A DNA stretch of 64,000 nt from Eledone cirrhosa (Eukaryota), in the NCBI GenBank assembly GCA_964016885.1, contig OZ024742.1:336350001-336414000 (forward strand), written 5' to 3'. This document shows, piece after piece, positions 1 through 11,900 of the stretch. A program made the position numbers and the translations under genes. The first letter of the stretch is position 1, and each line of letters begins with the position of its first letter. The notes beneath the pieces are model-generated. The model made no database searches. It was not told where the DNA came from and saw nothing but the letters and a program-made list of their open reading frames with translations.

Positions 1-79
1 TCAGTGAATCGTTCTTCGTTCTTGTGATTTAGAACCGTAAATTGAATGTGACAAATATTGAATTTCTCCTGCAGCGGAC

Positions 80-431
80 ATTTTCGATATATTTGATTGT
101 GAGTTGGACACGCGTCGATTGCGACGACGAGTATTCCAGTTATTCGAACCACAGAACAGCCTGTTTGTGAAATTAAAATGCAAGTGGCTGAGTATTCTGA
201 AGACACGTGCATGATTAATGTATTTCTCACTCGGGGAGATTCAGGGTGAGACAGAGTATAACAAGCTTAGCTTTTTGAATCAGAGGTACAACTAATTTTC
301 GTCAGTTCAGTGGACTAGAGCAACGTGAAATAAAGTGTCTTGTTGAAGGACACAACGCACCGCTGGTGATTGAGTTACGATTTATTGTGGTGAGCTGAAA
401 GTCATTAACCACAAAGCCATGTGCCTTCACG
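80..431 (-). mobile_element. tRNA-derived CORE-like SINE (family A)
   Basis: Head GAAGGCAC.TGGCTT.GTGGTTA and core TGTGTCCTT.A.CAAGACACTTTATTTCACGTTGCTC. Other copies at about 528-738(+), 4255-4402(-), 34855-35090(+), 57255-57565(-). Confidence 0.7.
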
Positions 432-737
432 TTTAATTGTACAGCGTCTCGAAAAATCATTTAGCTTGGCTGCTATTGCATTGGTTTAGTGTGGTTAAGT
501 TTGTCTCATATTTAGTTATGTCACTAGTGAAGGCACCTGGCTTAGTGATTAGAGTTTTGGAATCACTCGTAACGCCATAAGTTCGATTCCCGTACAGGGC
601 GGCGCGTTATTTAACACCAGTCTGCCCAGCTGATAAAAGTGTGTTGCGACTATACTGGTATCAAGTTGTATCGGCTCTTGGACAACAAAAATAGCGTGGA
701 GATAGAGTAACTATTGGTCTTTCACAGAACACCTTGC

Positions 738-783
<46 letters not shown>

Positions 784-785
784 TC

Positions 786-836
<51 letters not shown>

Positions 837-919
837 ATATATGACTGCCTCAAATAATTCGATTGGTATCTGCCATATGGCAGCTACAACTTCGATTTAT
901 ACCTAATATAATATATATG

Positions 920-994
920 CAGGGTGTCAATAACATTTATATACAATTTAAAAGCATTCTAATAAAAGTGTGTATATTTTCTGGGGACTCCCTG
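920..994. mobile_element. Possible tiny Tc1/mariner-type MITE
   Basis: CAGGGTGTC ... GACTCCCTG imperfect TIRs. TA follows the right end; TG precedes the left end. Confidence 0.35.
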
Positions 995-1050
995 TATAAA
1001 TATTATATACAATGGCAATTTAGACAACAAGTATGAGTATTAATCCATTG

Positions 1051-1134
1051 TTTTACGATTGTTTCAGCTCTGAGCGTAAGATATGTTATGGAACTAATAT
1101 CCACAATAACCATTTTCATTGGCCTCTTCAGAAA
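1051..1134 (-). ncRNA. Hammerhead-like motif
   Basis: UUU-CUGAAGA-GGC...GCU-GAAA-CaaucG-UA-AAA. Stems are weak. Confidence 0.45.
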
Positions 1135-2156
1135 TGGATACGAGAAAAAGTGTTTATATTTTCAACCATAGAAATAAAACGGCAACTAATTATAGCTGTA
1201 TATCATTAACCTTTAAATTAATTGTTTGTTTTTTAAGAACGGAAAGTATTGTATTTCTCAAACCATGAATAAGAAAAATAACAGGTTCTAACATAATAAT
1301 GGTTTCTAAAATTTGGGACAAGGTCAGAAATTTCGAAAGGAATGTCAATGTATTTATTTTATCGACCTCGGAAGGAGGAAAGGTCAAGTTGACCTCAGCA
1401 CGATTTGAACAATGTAACGACTATGTCAATCAACCGCCATAAGAAAAATAAGAATATAATAATTGTTTCTACTTTTGGCACAAGACCAGCAATTACGCCA
1501 GTGCATTACTGGTACTTTATTTTAACGAACCCGTAATGGATGGAAGGCAAAGTTAACCTCGGTGGTATTTGAACTCAGAACGTGAAGGGCTATAACTCTA
1601 TACTGCACAGTATGGTGTCTGACGCTCTACAGATACTGCCCATGCAATGTTACATAATTGGAAGCCCCCAAAATGCGTACAATTTTCCTTAAGAAAAAAA
1701 TATACCCTAACATCTATAGTCTGTTCCTTCAAATTCTAACAACTAAAGCTTATGCGTTTTTAAACTTCGACCGTTAACCAACTCTAAACAGTTCTTGGCA
1801 TGAAAAAACAAAACAAATATCATATTCAATGATGAGAATATTTTATGACTACAAATTTTCAATAACACTCTACATTTTAACTCTTTATACACATTGTTGC
1901 GGCTTCTTATCATTTAAAATTATTATATTGTCATAATGCTTTCAAAACTTGCCTCGAAACTCAATTATTACGATATTTCAATATTGTTAAAGTTATGATT
2001 ATGATTCTATTTCTTTTCTGTTTCAGGTAAGATCAACATTAAAATATATAATTTGCAGTTGCTGGTAAGATGTATATTCTAATCTGTTATATTTTCATAT
2101 TTATCTATTGTCTCTATTCTCTTTTTGTCCCTTTTCATTTATTTCCACTTCACTAA

Positions 2157-2202
<46 letters not shown>

Positions 2203-2205
<3 letters not shown>

Positions 2206-2418
2206 GGCGTGTGGCTGAGTGGTTAGGGAATTGGATTCGCAATCGTAAGGTTGTGAGTTCGATTCCTGGACCAGGCGATGCGTTATGTCCTTGAGCAAGA
2301 CACTTTATTTCACGTTGCTCCTTCTACCTGGAGTTGCGACCGTTAGATAGTATTAGCAATTGGAAAGACCAACGGAAACATTGTTCCCTCGGTCCGATTT
2401 GACGAAAGTCGATCGTTC
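2203..2418 (+). mobile_element. tRNA-derived CORE-like SINE (family A)
   Basis: Pol III A box TGGCTGAGTGG, B box GTTCGATTCC, and CORE-like segment. Same subfamily at 20415-20665 and 55950-56190. Confidence 0.8.
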
Positions 2419-2599
2419 CTATATATATATATATATATATAAATCTTTCAAACCAATGTGGTATTTCTACCCTCGTAATTTTAGACACATAATGTACTGT
2501 GTTTATTTCTACATATATTATTCTATAATGCTCAGTATTTATACTTTGAGCTTATTAATAGCAGGGTATCAATATGAGTTAGTAACTCTGGATTTTATT

Positions 2600-2668
<69 letters not shown>

Positions 2669-3012
2669 GTAGAACACAGGAGGGTTATATCCGTAGTGGT
2701 AGAGCACTCAGTCCATGGGGCGAGTTTGGTAGAAATAGTTCCACTACAATTAATTCAGCATTGCCGGGAACAAATGTTTCACCTTAGTCGGATCGTCAGC
2801 TCGGTTTAAATTATTCTGAGTTTCGGCAGTTGGCTCGCTCACACCGATCTATAGTAGGTTAAATCCCTTTTGGGAAGTGACTTCGTCTGTACATGCGTAT
2901 TCGTACAATTGTTTTTCCTTTTCCGTACAATCTCATCTAAACCGAACCGATGATCCGACGAAGGGGAAACAAGTGTTCACAGAAATGGTGAATTAACTGT
3001 TGTGGAACAACT

Positions 3013-3096
<84 letters not shown>

Positions 3097-3252
3097 GGAC
3101 GATTTGTTATGTCTTCATTACATTTACTGGGTGGTGACGCGCGTTTCGGTATTGATCAGCTCAAGGTTTGATCTGTATCGATCTAGCCAGGCTCTGGAAT
3201 TAAAAGCTCGTTGAACCTCTGCTGGGATAATGATAGAATGAACCACAGCAGA

Positions 3253-3337
3253 GGTCCGATGAGCTTTTGATTCCAGAGACGGGCTAGATCGATACAGATC
3301 AAACCTTGAGCTGATCAATAGCGAAACGCGCGTCACC
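3253..3337 (+). ncRNA. Hammerhead-like motif (CCGAUGA variant) in the 3096-3374 fold-back
   Basis: GGU-CCGAUGA-GCU...AGC-GAAA-CGCGCG-UC-ACC. The family copy at 53789-53873 has canonical CUGAUGA. Confidence 0.65.
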
Positions 3338-3371
3338 AATCAGTAAATGTAATGAAGACATAAGAAATCGT

Positions 3372-3443
<72 letters not shown>

Positions 3444-3604
3444 GTATAATAAACAATACCATATAATTACCTCATTATCAGAGGTTTCCCGAATAAGACG
3501 AATACAAGAAACGTCGTCATATATATAGAGAGAGAGAAAAAAAAGATGAAATCGAAAATGCAACTGTAGTCTTATTTAAAAAAATATATATATTTATTTG
3601 GTTC

Positions 3605-3640
3605 CTTTACCGGTTTCGCAGTTCTTCTGCTTTTCAAAAG
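3605..3640 (-). ncRNA. Minimal hammerhead with compensatory U3-A8 core; partners at 3704-3739 (+) and 47217-47253 (+)
   Basis: CUU-UUGAAAA-GCAG aagaa CUGC-GAAA-CCGG-UA-AAG. Confidence 0.7.
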
Positions 3641-3867
3641 TAGAGTTGAGATGGAGGGTCTGTGGTTTTTCTCACATCCCACAGACCCTCCATCTCAACT
3701 CTACTTTTGAAAATCAGAAGAACTGCGAAACCAGTAAAGGAAATAAATAAATATATATATTTTTTTAAAAATAAGACTCCAGTTGCATTTTCGATTTCAT
3801 CTTTTTTTCTTTATACTTTCACTCGTGTAGGACACCGGTTATTTTTCATTTTGTAAAAAAACCTCAC

Positions 3868-3968
<101 letters not shown>

Positions 3969-4541
3969 TATGACCGATTGAATACGCACGTGTGTGTTTT
4001 TCTCCCCATTTTTTATTCTCATATTCCCCGTTTCTTATTATTATTACTCTTTATTTTCTATTTATCTTCTATTTCTAACTATATCCTCTGATGAAAGACT
4101 AGTATCCTGCTATTGCAATCGTTATGTGTATATATAAATATAATATCAGCAGAAAAACAGTCATAGAGAGAGAGAGAGAGACAACTGCATCTCTACCTAG
4201 CCACCTTGCCACTGTGCAGTTTCGTGTATGTATGACAAGGGAAACAATTTGAATTAGAGGTGCAACTCATGTTTCCCAGCTGATTGGACTTGAGCAATGT
4301 GAAATAATATACCATGCTCAAGGACACAACGGGCTGCCGTAAATCGATCTCAAGCTTTTACTACCGTGAACCAACACACTTACCACTAGGCCTAGCGCCT
4401 TTACACTTATGCTAAATATTGAGTGTTGATGACAGCAACGATAGCAGAAGTTCTCTGCTGATTCCGGATGGATGAGTTTTAACAATACAATACAAAATAC
4501 AATGAAGATACATGCAAGACTATGTATGTATGTATGTATGT

Positions 4542-5068
4542 AGGGCGGAAGAACTCATAAGCGTCAACGGCCATCCAAAAGTGTGTAAATGTGTATATGC
4601 ACATATACATATGTATGTATATGTGTATATACATGGGTGCATGTGTATGTATATGCGCGGGGACATAGAAATAGTCAGGCAGGATACACGATCGCGCAGT
4701 TATACCACTGGGGGTGAAGGACCCCTAGCCTTTGTCAGGGCATTCTTCTAGGAGAAGGCAACTCAGGAAACTGGGATAACTCCGATATAAAACCTGCGTC
4801 TCAGTAGTTAACGATGATGTTGATCTTTTCTTCTTTTCGGATTATAGCTACTGTCGCTCAGAGAGTGGAATTGGCTCAGTGCACAGTCTTTCCTCACTTT
4901 AAAAACTATCTTCACGCACAGGCATTAATTAATAATTATTAGTCGATAAAATAAAGTACCAGTAATGTACTGGGATAATTGCTGGCCTTGTGCCAAAAAG
5001 TAGAAACAATTATTAATAATGGTATATCGTGCAATGGCCATACTCGATAACAAGGGGGAAGCCATCAT
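4542..5068 (+). mobile_element. Non-autonomous RTE-derived element, short subfamily (5'-truncated; SINE fragment inserted ~4941-5012)
   Basis: Inverted homologue of 13316-13696. RTE-type 5'UTR motif CTAGGAGAAGG.AACTC. (ATGT)n tail. Confidence 0.7.
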
Positions 5069-5097
5069 GTATGTATGTATATATGTATGTATGTTTG

Positions 5098-5636
5098 GCG
5101 ACTAAACTGGCAAACTCACCAAGGTTTCTTGGTGAGGAGGGTGACTTTGGACATCCTGCAGGACTAAAAACAAAACCTGTCAAAGGGCAAAGGAGCTCTT
5201 AAGAGTCAATGGCCATCCAAAATCACCGGGAGAGATGATCCCTTAGCCTTTGTCAAGTCAGAATTCTAGGAGAAGGAAAACTCTGATATAACACCTGAAA
5301 CCCTGATGGTATCCAATGATGTTGACATGTTCTTCTTTTTGGTAAATATCATCTTGGTTAAGAGAGTGGGACTGGCTTTGTGCAGTGCCTTTGCTCACTA
5401 TAACAGCTTCACGGCACAGGCATTGCTATATTTCTGGAGATCTATCTGCACTTGTCGTCACATGGTACCATGGGCCCAGCACTATGTGTCAATAATTGTC
5501 ACAAGTGTAGTGTTTGTACCAGAGTTTTCAAGTCGCTGGCTGGACTAAAAAGTCACATTCGTTCAGCGAATCGGTAGGGGTTCTACTACATGGATATAAA
5601 GTAATGGCCGTACTCGAAAACGAGTTGGCAGCCACC
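5098..5636 (+). mobile_element. Non-autonomous RTE-derived element, long subfamily, with a 7-bp TSD
   Basis: Near-identical inverted copy of 8785-9325. ATGTTTG repeated at 5091-5097 and 5637-5643. Confidence 0.75.
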
Positions 5637-6239
5637 ATGTTTGTATGTACGTATGTATGTTTGTATGTATGTTTGTATGTATGCGTAAGGCGCGATTTAA
5701 AGAATATTCTGCTGTTCTTTCTACCATGACAACGTAGCAGCTCGGTCTTTCCTCTGTACAGTTGAGATGCCTTTCCTTTTTTAAACAGTAGAGTCAATTT
5801 TATAGAACGCGGCAAAGTGATAATCGCTAGAACGCTAAATAGAGTTTCTACTTTTGTATGTATGTATGTATGTATGTATGTATGTATGTATGTATGTATG
5901 TATGTATGTATGTATGTATGTACTTCTGGTTTTACAATTTTATAAATTTTTACCAATAGAGAGAGAGAGTCGGTTTCTAAAATAGTTACAAGACTCTCCC
6001 ATTAGATTTTAAACAACATCAACTAGGTAGATATGTATGCATGTTTGCATGCATGCATGTGTGTGCAGGTATGGTTGTTCATGTATGTGTGGTTGTTTAT
6101 GTTTTGAGTTGTGCATATGCCTTGTATCTGTATCTGTATGTGCATATTCCTTGTATCTGTACATGTGTATATGCAGTTATTAGATGCAGAATGTTTGGAA
6201 TGTTTTACATATTTTTACTTTTCCATTAATGGATTGTAC

Positions 6240-6710
6240 ATGTCATTTTCTAACTAGTCATGTTCTTTCTGGAAGCCCAGCCTCTCAAGATTTGTACTGA
6301 GGCAGTTACTAACATATCCCAGTGCCTCAATAATCACAGGTATAAATCTGAAGGTATAGTGAGGGTGGAGTATCTGCAAATTTCTAATTAGTTCTGCATA
6401 AATATTCTCCTTTTCGCTAATCGTTAATATTATACTGGCATCTGCTGGGCAGCTAATTTCCACTACTGTCCCATTATATCTGGTCTGTATTTTATTGGGA
6501 TTTCTGACTGGAACATTCCACCAGTACTCTTTGATATTATATATGCGTCTGTCTTCCACATTGCTGTAACTTTTTAAGTGTTTATTGTCGGGGCTTTCTT
6601 TTCTACGGATTGCATTATTCAGTGTTTTGGCCACTACATCATGGCTTATAGGTAGATAGTACTGTGATGACATCTTTGGACAGCTGCTTATGACATGCTC
6701 GGATTTCGTC
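6240..6710 (-). pseudogene. Degenerate RLE-type (R4/Dong-like) LINE C-terminal fragment
   Basis: ORF 6254-6673: (CPK)MSSQYYLPISHDVVAK, EYWWNVPV, VVEISCPAD, IPVIIEALGYV. Parallels the 60 kb ORF C-terminus. Confidence 0.75.
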
Positions 6711-7137
6711 TATGTATGTATGTATGTATGCATGTATTTATGCATGTATGTATGTATGTATGCATGTATGTATGCATGTATGTATGCATGTATATGTATG
6801 TAGTATGTATGCATGCATATGCATGTGTGTGCGTACATGCATGTGTGTACGGGCGTGTATACATGTAAATGCGTGTGTCCTATCTATATACACAGATATA
6901 TTCATATATAAAAAATAAACACTTATATAGAGCTAGATATATATGTATCCATATATGTGTGTATGCGTTTCGACGGCTATTTCTGGTGCAGAAATAGCCG
7001 TCGAAAGGGCTTGAGCTCTGCCGTTGGGGTCATACATTTTCCTATTACCCACTCTACTACCCTAAGTATTGAGTACTCTGGCGCGTTATGGCCCATCTGG
7101 TTCCTTACCACAACTCCGTCGTTATAAATATATATAT

Positions 7138-7176
<39 letters not shown>

Positions 7177-8087
7177 CACCCACGTACACACATATATGGA
7201 TACATATATATCTAGCTCTATATAAGTGTTTATATATATGAATATATCTGTGTATATAGATAGGACACACGCTTACATACATGTATACACGCCCGTACAC
7301 ACATGCATGTACGCATGTATATATATATATATATACATATATTCCTGTATGCATGCATATGAAATATATTTCCTATATACAGTATATTAGATATAGTGCT
7401 TTGATGCTATATTGCGTGACATCAGGTTTTATATAACGGCTAATTTTCACAACAATTATGAGGCGAGTAAACACAATGCCAAGCAATATCTCCTGTTGCA
7501 TCTAAATATGACTTTTTATCCACATTCACTTGAATAAGAGATTTTATTTGATGTAGATATCGTTTACCCTTCTGATGATTGTTCTGCAAATGTTCCGTAA
7601 TATGAAACTTGATGTCATGAAGTATAATATATATGTGTTTGTTTGCATGTGTGCGTGCGTGCGTGCGTGCGTGCGTGTGTGTGTGGGTGTGTGTGTTTGT
7701 TTGCGTGTGTGTGTGTGTGTGTGTCTGTGTGTGTGTCCGTGTGTGTATATGTGTGTTTCTGTGTGTATGTATATATATAATGTATAGATTTGGTGTCTGG
7801 GTGTAGTATTGAAATTAGCACTTTTATAAATGTTTTCGTTACCATTGGTTTCGTAGACGTAGAGGCGTTTAACAGCCAGGTATTGAGTGTAAGATGGAAA
7901 AATATATTTTAGGAGCGTGTTAGTAAGGGGTTTCATTGGTTGCTTCAGATCACATGATGGTATGGGTGAGGCTACGACACCAATTCTATGTACACGTGTT
8001 ATTGAATTGGTCGTTTCAGTTTATACATTGTGTTGATTATCTTTATTTTTTTGCATGCATCTCTCACTCTTCCACTCTACCCCTCTC

Positions 8088-8153
<66 letters not shown>

Positions 8154-8218
8154 GAGCGGAACAAGTAAACATCTTATAAATAAATTAAAATACGATTTAA
8201 ATATTCCCCCGTTCTAGT

Positions 8219-8298
8219 GCTGTGACCGAGGGTTTCGTTTATCAAAAGATTGGAAATTCAGAGAATTTCCAATGGAACGAATCAGCTCTTCACACAGC
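8219..8298 (-). ncRNA. Hammerhead-like motif (C3G variant) in a partial-tandem element
   Basis: GCUGU-GUGAAGA-G...(long hairpin)...C-GAAA-CCcucGG-UC-ACAGC. Confidence 0.6.
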
Positions 8299-8722
8299 TA
8301 TTTCCATACCACAGGGCACAAAGCCTTGTAGTTTCTAAATATGTCGCTTTCTGCCCGATGCATGAGGTCAGGCCGTTAAAGTGACCCACACATAAATAGG
8401 CCGTAAGAAAAAGCGGGATTATAGACTCGTTGATATTTCATGCCACTATAAAAATAGCAGCACGATACAACATTTTTTTCTCTACATAGAAGGAGAATAC
8501 ATATAAAGTGTTATAAATATTCCAGTAGGTACTAAGTACCCACGGAAATATCATGGTGTCTATAACAGTTGTTGTCAATGGTACTAATTTGAGATACCAG
8601 AACTATAAAAATGAGCGGAACAAGTAAAAATCAAACAATCTTTTAAATAAATTAAAATACGATTTAAATATTCACCCGTTCTAATGCTGTGATCGACGGT
8701 TTCGCTTATCAATATATGTATG

Positions 8723-8784
<62 letters not shown>

Positions 8785-8787
<3 letters not shown>

Positions 8788-9390
8788 TGGCTGCCAACTC
8801 GTTTTCGAGTACGGCCACTACTTTATATCCATGTAGGAGAACCCCTACCGATGCGCTGAACGAGTGTGACTTTGTAGTCCAGCCACCGACTTGAAAACTC
8901 TGGTACAAACACTACACTTGTGACAATTATTGACACATAGTGCTGGGCCATGGTACCATGTGAGGACAAGTGCAGAGAGATCTCCAGATACAAAGCAATG
9001 CCTATGCCGTGAAGCTTTTATAGTGAGCAAAGGCACTGCACAAAGCCAGTCCCACTCTCAAAACGAAGATGATATTTACCAAAAAGAAGAACATGTCAAC
9101 ATCATTGGATACCATCAGGGTTGCAGGTGTTATATCAGAGTTTTCCTTCTCCTAGAATTCTGCCTTGACAAAGGCTAAGGGGTCATCTCTCCCGGTGATT
9201 TTGGATGGCCATTGACTCTTAAGAGCTCCTTTGCCCTTTGACAGGTTTTGTTTTTAGTCCTGCAGGATGTCCAAAGTCACCCTCCTCACCAAGATACCTT
9301 GGTGGGGTTGCCAGTTTAGTCGCCAACCCGACCATGGGACAGGTTGTACTGGGATACATGTTACCAGTAGCACCAACTGGTGACCTGACA
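8785..9390 (-). mobile_element. Non-autonomous RTE-derived element, long subfamily
   Basis: RTE-like 5'UTR fused to the RTE C-terminal C2H2-like remnant [24 protein letters not shown]. Microsatellite on both sides. Confidence 0.72.
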
Positions 9391-9425
9391 TAATATATAC
9401 ATACATATATGGCCTATACATACAT

Positions 9426-9480
9426 ATACATACATACATATATGGCGACGTATACATACATACATACATACATACATACA

Positions 9481-9512
<32 letters not shown>

Positions 9513-9710
9513 CATATATGTATGTATGTATGACATATACATACATACATTTATGGCGACGTACACAAATATACATATACATATACACATACATATATGG
9601 CGACGTACACAAATATACATATACACACATACATACATATATGGCGACGTACACAAATATACATATACACACATACATACATATATATATGGCGACGTAC
9701 ACAAATATAC
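9426..9710. repeat. Minisatellite, ~40-50-bp unit with ATGGCGACGTACACAAATATAC, in (TACA)n
   Basis: Five ATGGCGACGTA cores. Confidence 0.85.
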
Positions 9711-9771
9711 ATACATACATACATACATACGTACATACATACATACATACATACATACATACATACATACA

Positions 9772-9801
<30 letters not shown>

Positions 9802-9802
<1 letters not shown>

Positions 9803-10075
9803 CATCATCATCCTTTTGCGTCCGCTTTTCCCTGCTTGCAAGGGTGGGATGAGTCCTATTCAGCACAGCATCTCTCCACTTGTCACGGCCCTTTGTCATC
9901 TCCTCCGTGAACTTTATCGATCTGAAGTCTGCTCTCACTACCTCCGCCCATGTTTTTCGTGGTCTTCGTCTACTGCGTCTTTCTTCTACTGGCATTTCTT
10001 GACACTTCTTTACCCAGCGGTCATATATATACACCCCATGTCTTATTCTTTCTAGTAATCTTTGTAACCCCTCTG
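9802..10075 (-). mobile_element. RTE-clade LINE 3' fragment with (GAT)n tail
   Basis: WVKKCQEMPVEERRSRRRPRKTWAEVVRAD...RDKWRDAV, followed by GATGATGAT and (TACA)n. Confidence 0.75.
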
Positions 10076-10334
10076 CCAATGTTTAATTTTTGTGTAAAAT
10101 TTCCTCAGCCGCCACCCCTGTGGCAAAAATAAGGAAATCATTGTTGTACATTTTAATCGCTTAAATTTGGTGAATGTAAAGCAAATGTTTTAAGCTACAA
10201 TAGCAGTAAGTATTGTACTTATTCTACACGTGAGAATTGCTAGAAAACTGTATAACACATTCCACACACGATATCTTATCGATTTCCATCTATGTTTTCT
10301 ATTTATCTAACTTTTTCATACGTTTTTCATTCTT

Positions 10335-10500
10335 TTACTCAACATCGGCCCAAAATAGATGCTTCATTCTCTGGGGACATTTTCTTTCGTTTCTTTCTTC
10401 TTTTCGTTTGCGGTTTTGAAATTGGCTCTGATTCCGACAGTGTTGTGCCGATACTAAATGATATAATGTCCCAAATATTCGGCGTGGCAGAGGATGTTGT
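10335..10500 (-). CDS. Candidate terminal coding exon of an unidentified host gene
   Basis: Strong acceptor TGTTTTATTTCCAG at 10501-10514 (-). Unique sequence with two open frames to a stop (QHPLPRRIFGTLYHLV...LFWADVE* or TTSSATPNIW...LGRC*). No family recognised. Confidence 0.35.
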
Positions 10501-10805
10501 CTGGAAATAAAACACGCTTTAATAATTTATCCTTTGCACAATTAAATACTCGGTCGCTGAATGATTCCAGTTACCATGATGACGATAATCACCACTACCA
10601 CCACCACCGCCACCAACATCATTATCACAATAAGCAGCAGCAGCATGATCATTATTATGATCAGATCATCATAATCACAATCTCCATCGTCGAAATCAGC
10701 AGAAAATATCAATAACGACAATAACAACATCAACAACCGTAATGATGAGGATTTCTTTCATTTACTACAAAGGTACCGTCAGATGGGGTTAGGTGTGAGG
10801 AAGAC

Positions 10806-10872
<67 letters not shown>

Positions 10873-10984
10873 GAGAGAGAGACCCTAGAAGGAAACATTA
10901 CACATGTGCTAAGGTAGCTTTATACTGAATATGATAGCAGAACAACAAATGGAAATATATAAATGAATAGTGGTTGTGATAATA

Positions 10985-11900
10985 AGTATTTCTAATTTAG
11001 GCACAAAGCCATCATATTTTGTGGGAAGGACAAAATTGGTTAAATTAACCCCAGTAATTGACTGGTACTTCATTTTATCCACACCAGAAGGAGGAAAGAC
11101 TAAGTTGACCTCCACAGTATTTGAACTCAGGCGTAGAGAGCCTGATCAAATACTGCAAAGCAGTTTGTTCGACGCTCTAACGATTCAGCCAACCCACCGC
11201 CCTAATATTTTCTAAGTCCGGCACAAAACAATATATCTTTATGGGAAGTGGTTGGTCGATGAAATCGATTCCAATACTTTATTGATATTTTATTTTATCG
11301 AATCTTGGAATGATGAAAGACGAAGTTGACCTCGGTGGGATTTGAACTCAGAACGTAAAGAACGGGAAATATTACCGAAAAACCATCAATTATATCGGCC
11401 CAGTACGTGGTCGTTCAACTTATAGGTAATAGCAGCTAAATCCCTGTTAAATCATACTACATGGTTTTATAAAAGGATACATCCCATAATATGTCTTGTT
11501 TCTCTGCACAAAGGAAACAACAATTGCTTCTACTTTAGGCACAAGGCCAGCAATTATCCCAGTGCATTACTGGTACTTTATTTTATCGATCCCGTAAGGA
11601 TGAAAGGCAAAGTTAACCTCGGCGGGATTTGAACTCAAAACCTAAAGGTTCATAATTGTATGTTGCAAACTGTCTGATGCTCTACCGATACTGCCAATCC
11701 ACCAATGATAATAATTGTTTCTACTTTTGGCGCAAGGCCAACAAGTACCCCAGTGCATTACTGGTACGTTATTTTATTGACCCAGTAAGGATGAAAGGCA
11801 AAGTTAACCTCGGCGGGATTTAAACTCAGAACGTAAAGGGCCATAACTCTATGTTGCAAAACATAGCGTCTGATGCTCTACCGATACTGCCAATCCATCG
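10985..11900 (-). mobile_element. Cluster of four family-B SINEs
   Basis: Copies at about 10985-11200, 11210-11370, 11520-11705 and 11712-11900, all sharing the family-B core. Confidence 0.75.

Noticed and set aside
2203-2275. tRNA-like A/B boxes
   Set aside because: These are SINE heads with no intact cloverleaf, so they are not called tRNA genes.
4085-4170. CTGATGA core at 4088
   Set aside because: No convincing stem II, GAAA or stem III could be folded. At best it is a remnant.
9426-9710. Repeated ATGGCGACGTACACAAAT with variable spacing, superficially CRISPR-like
   Set aside because: The spacers are microsatellite variants, the context is eukaryotic and there are no cas genes. It is a minisatellite.
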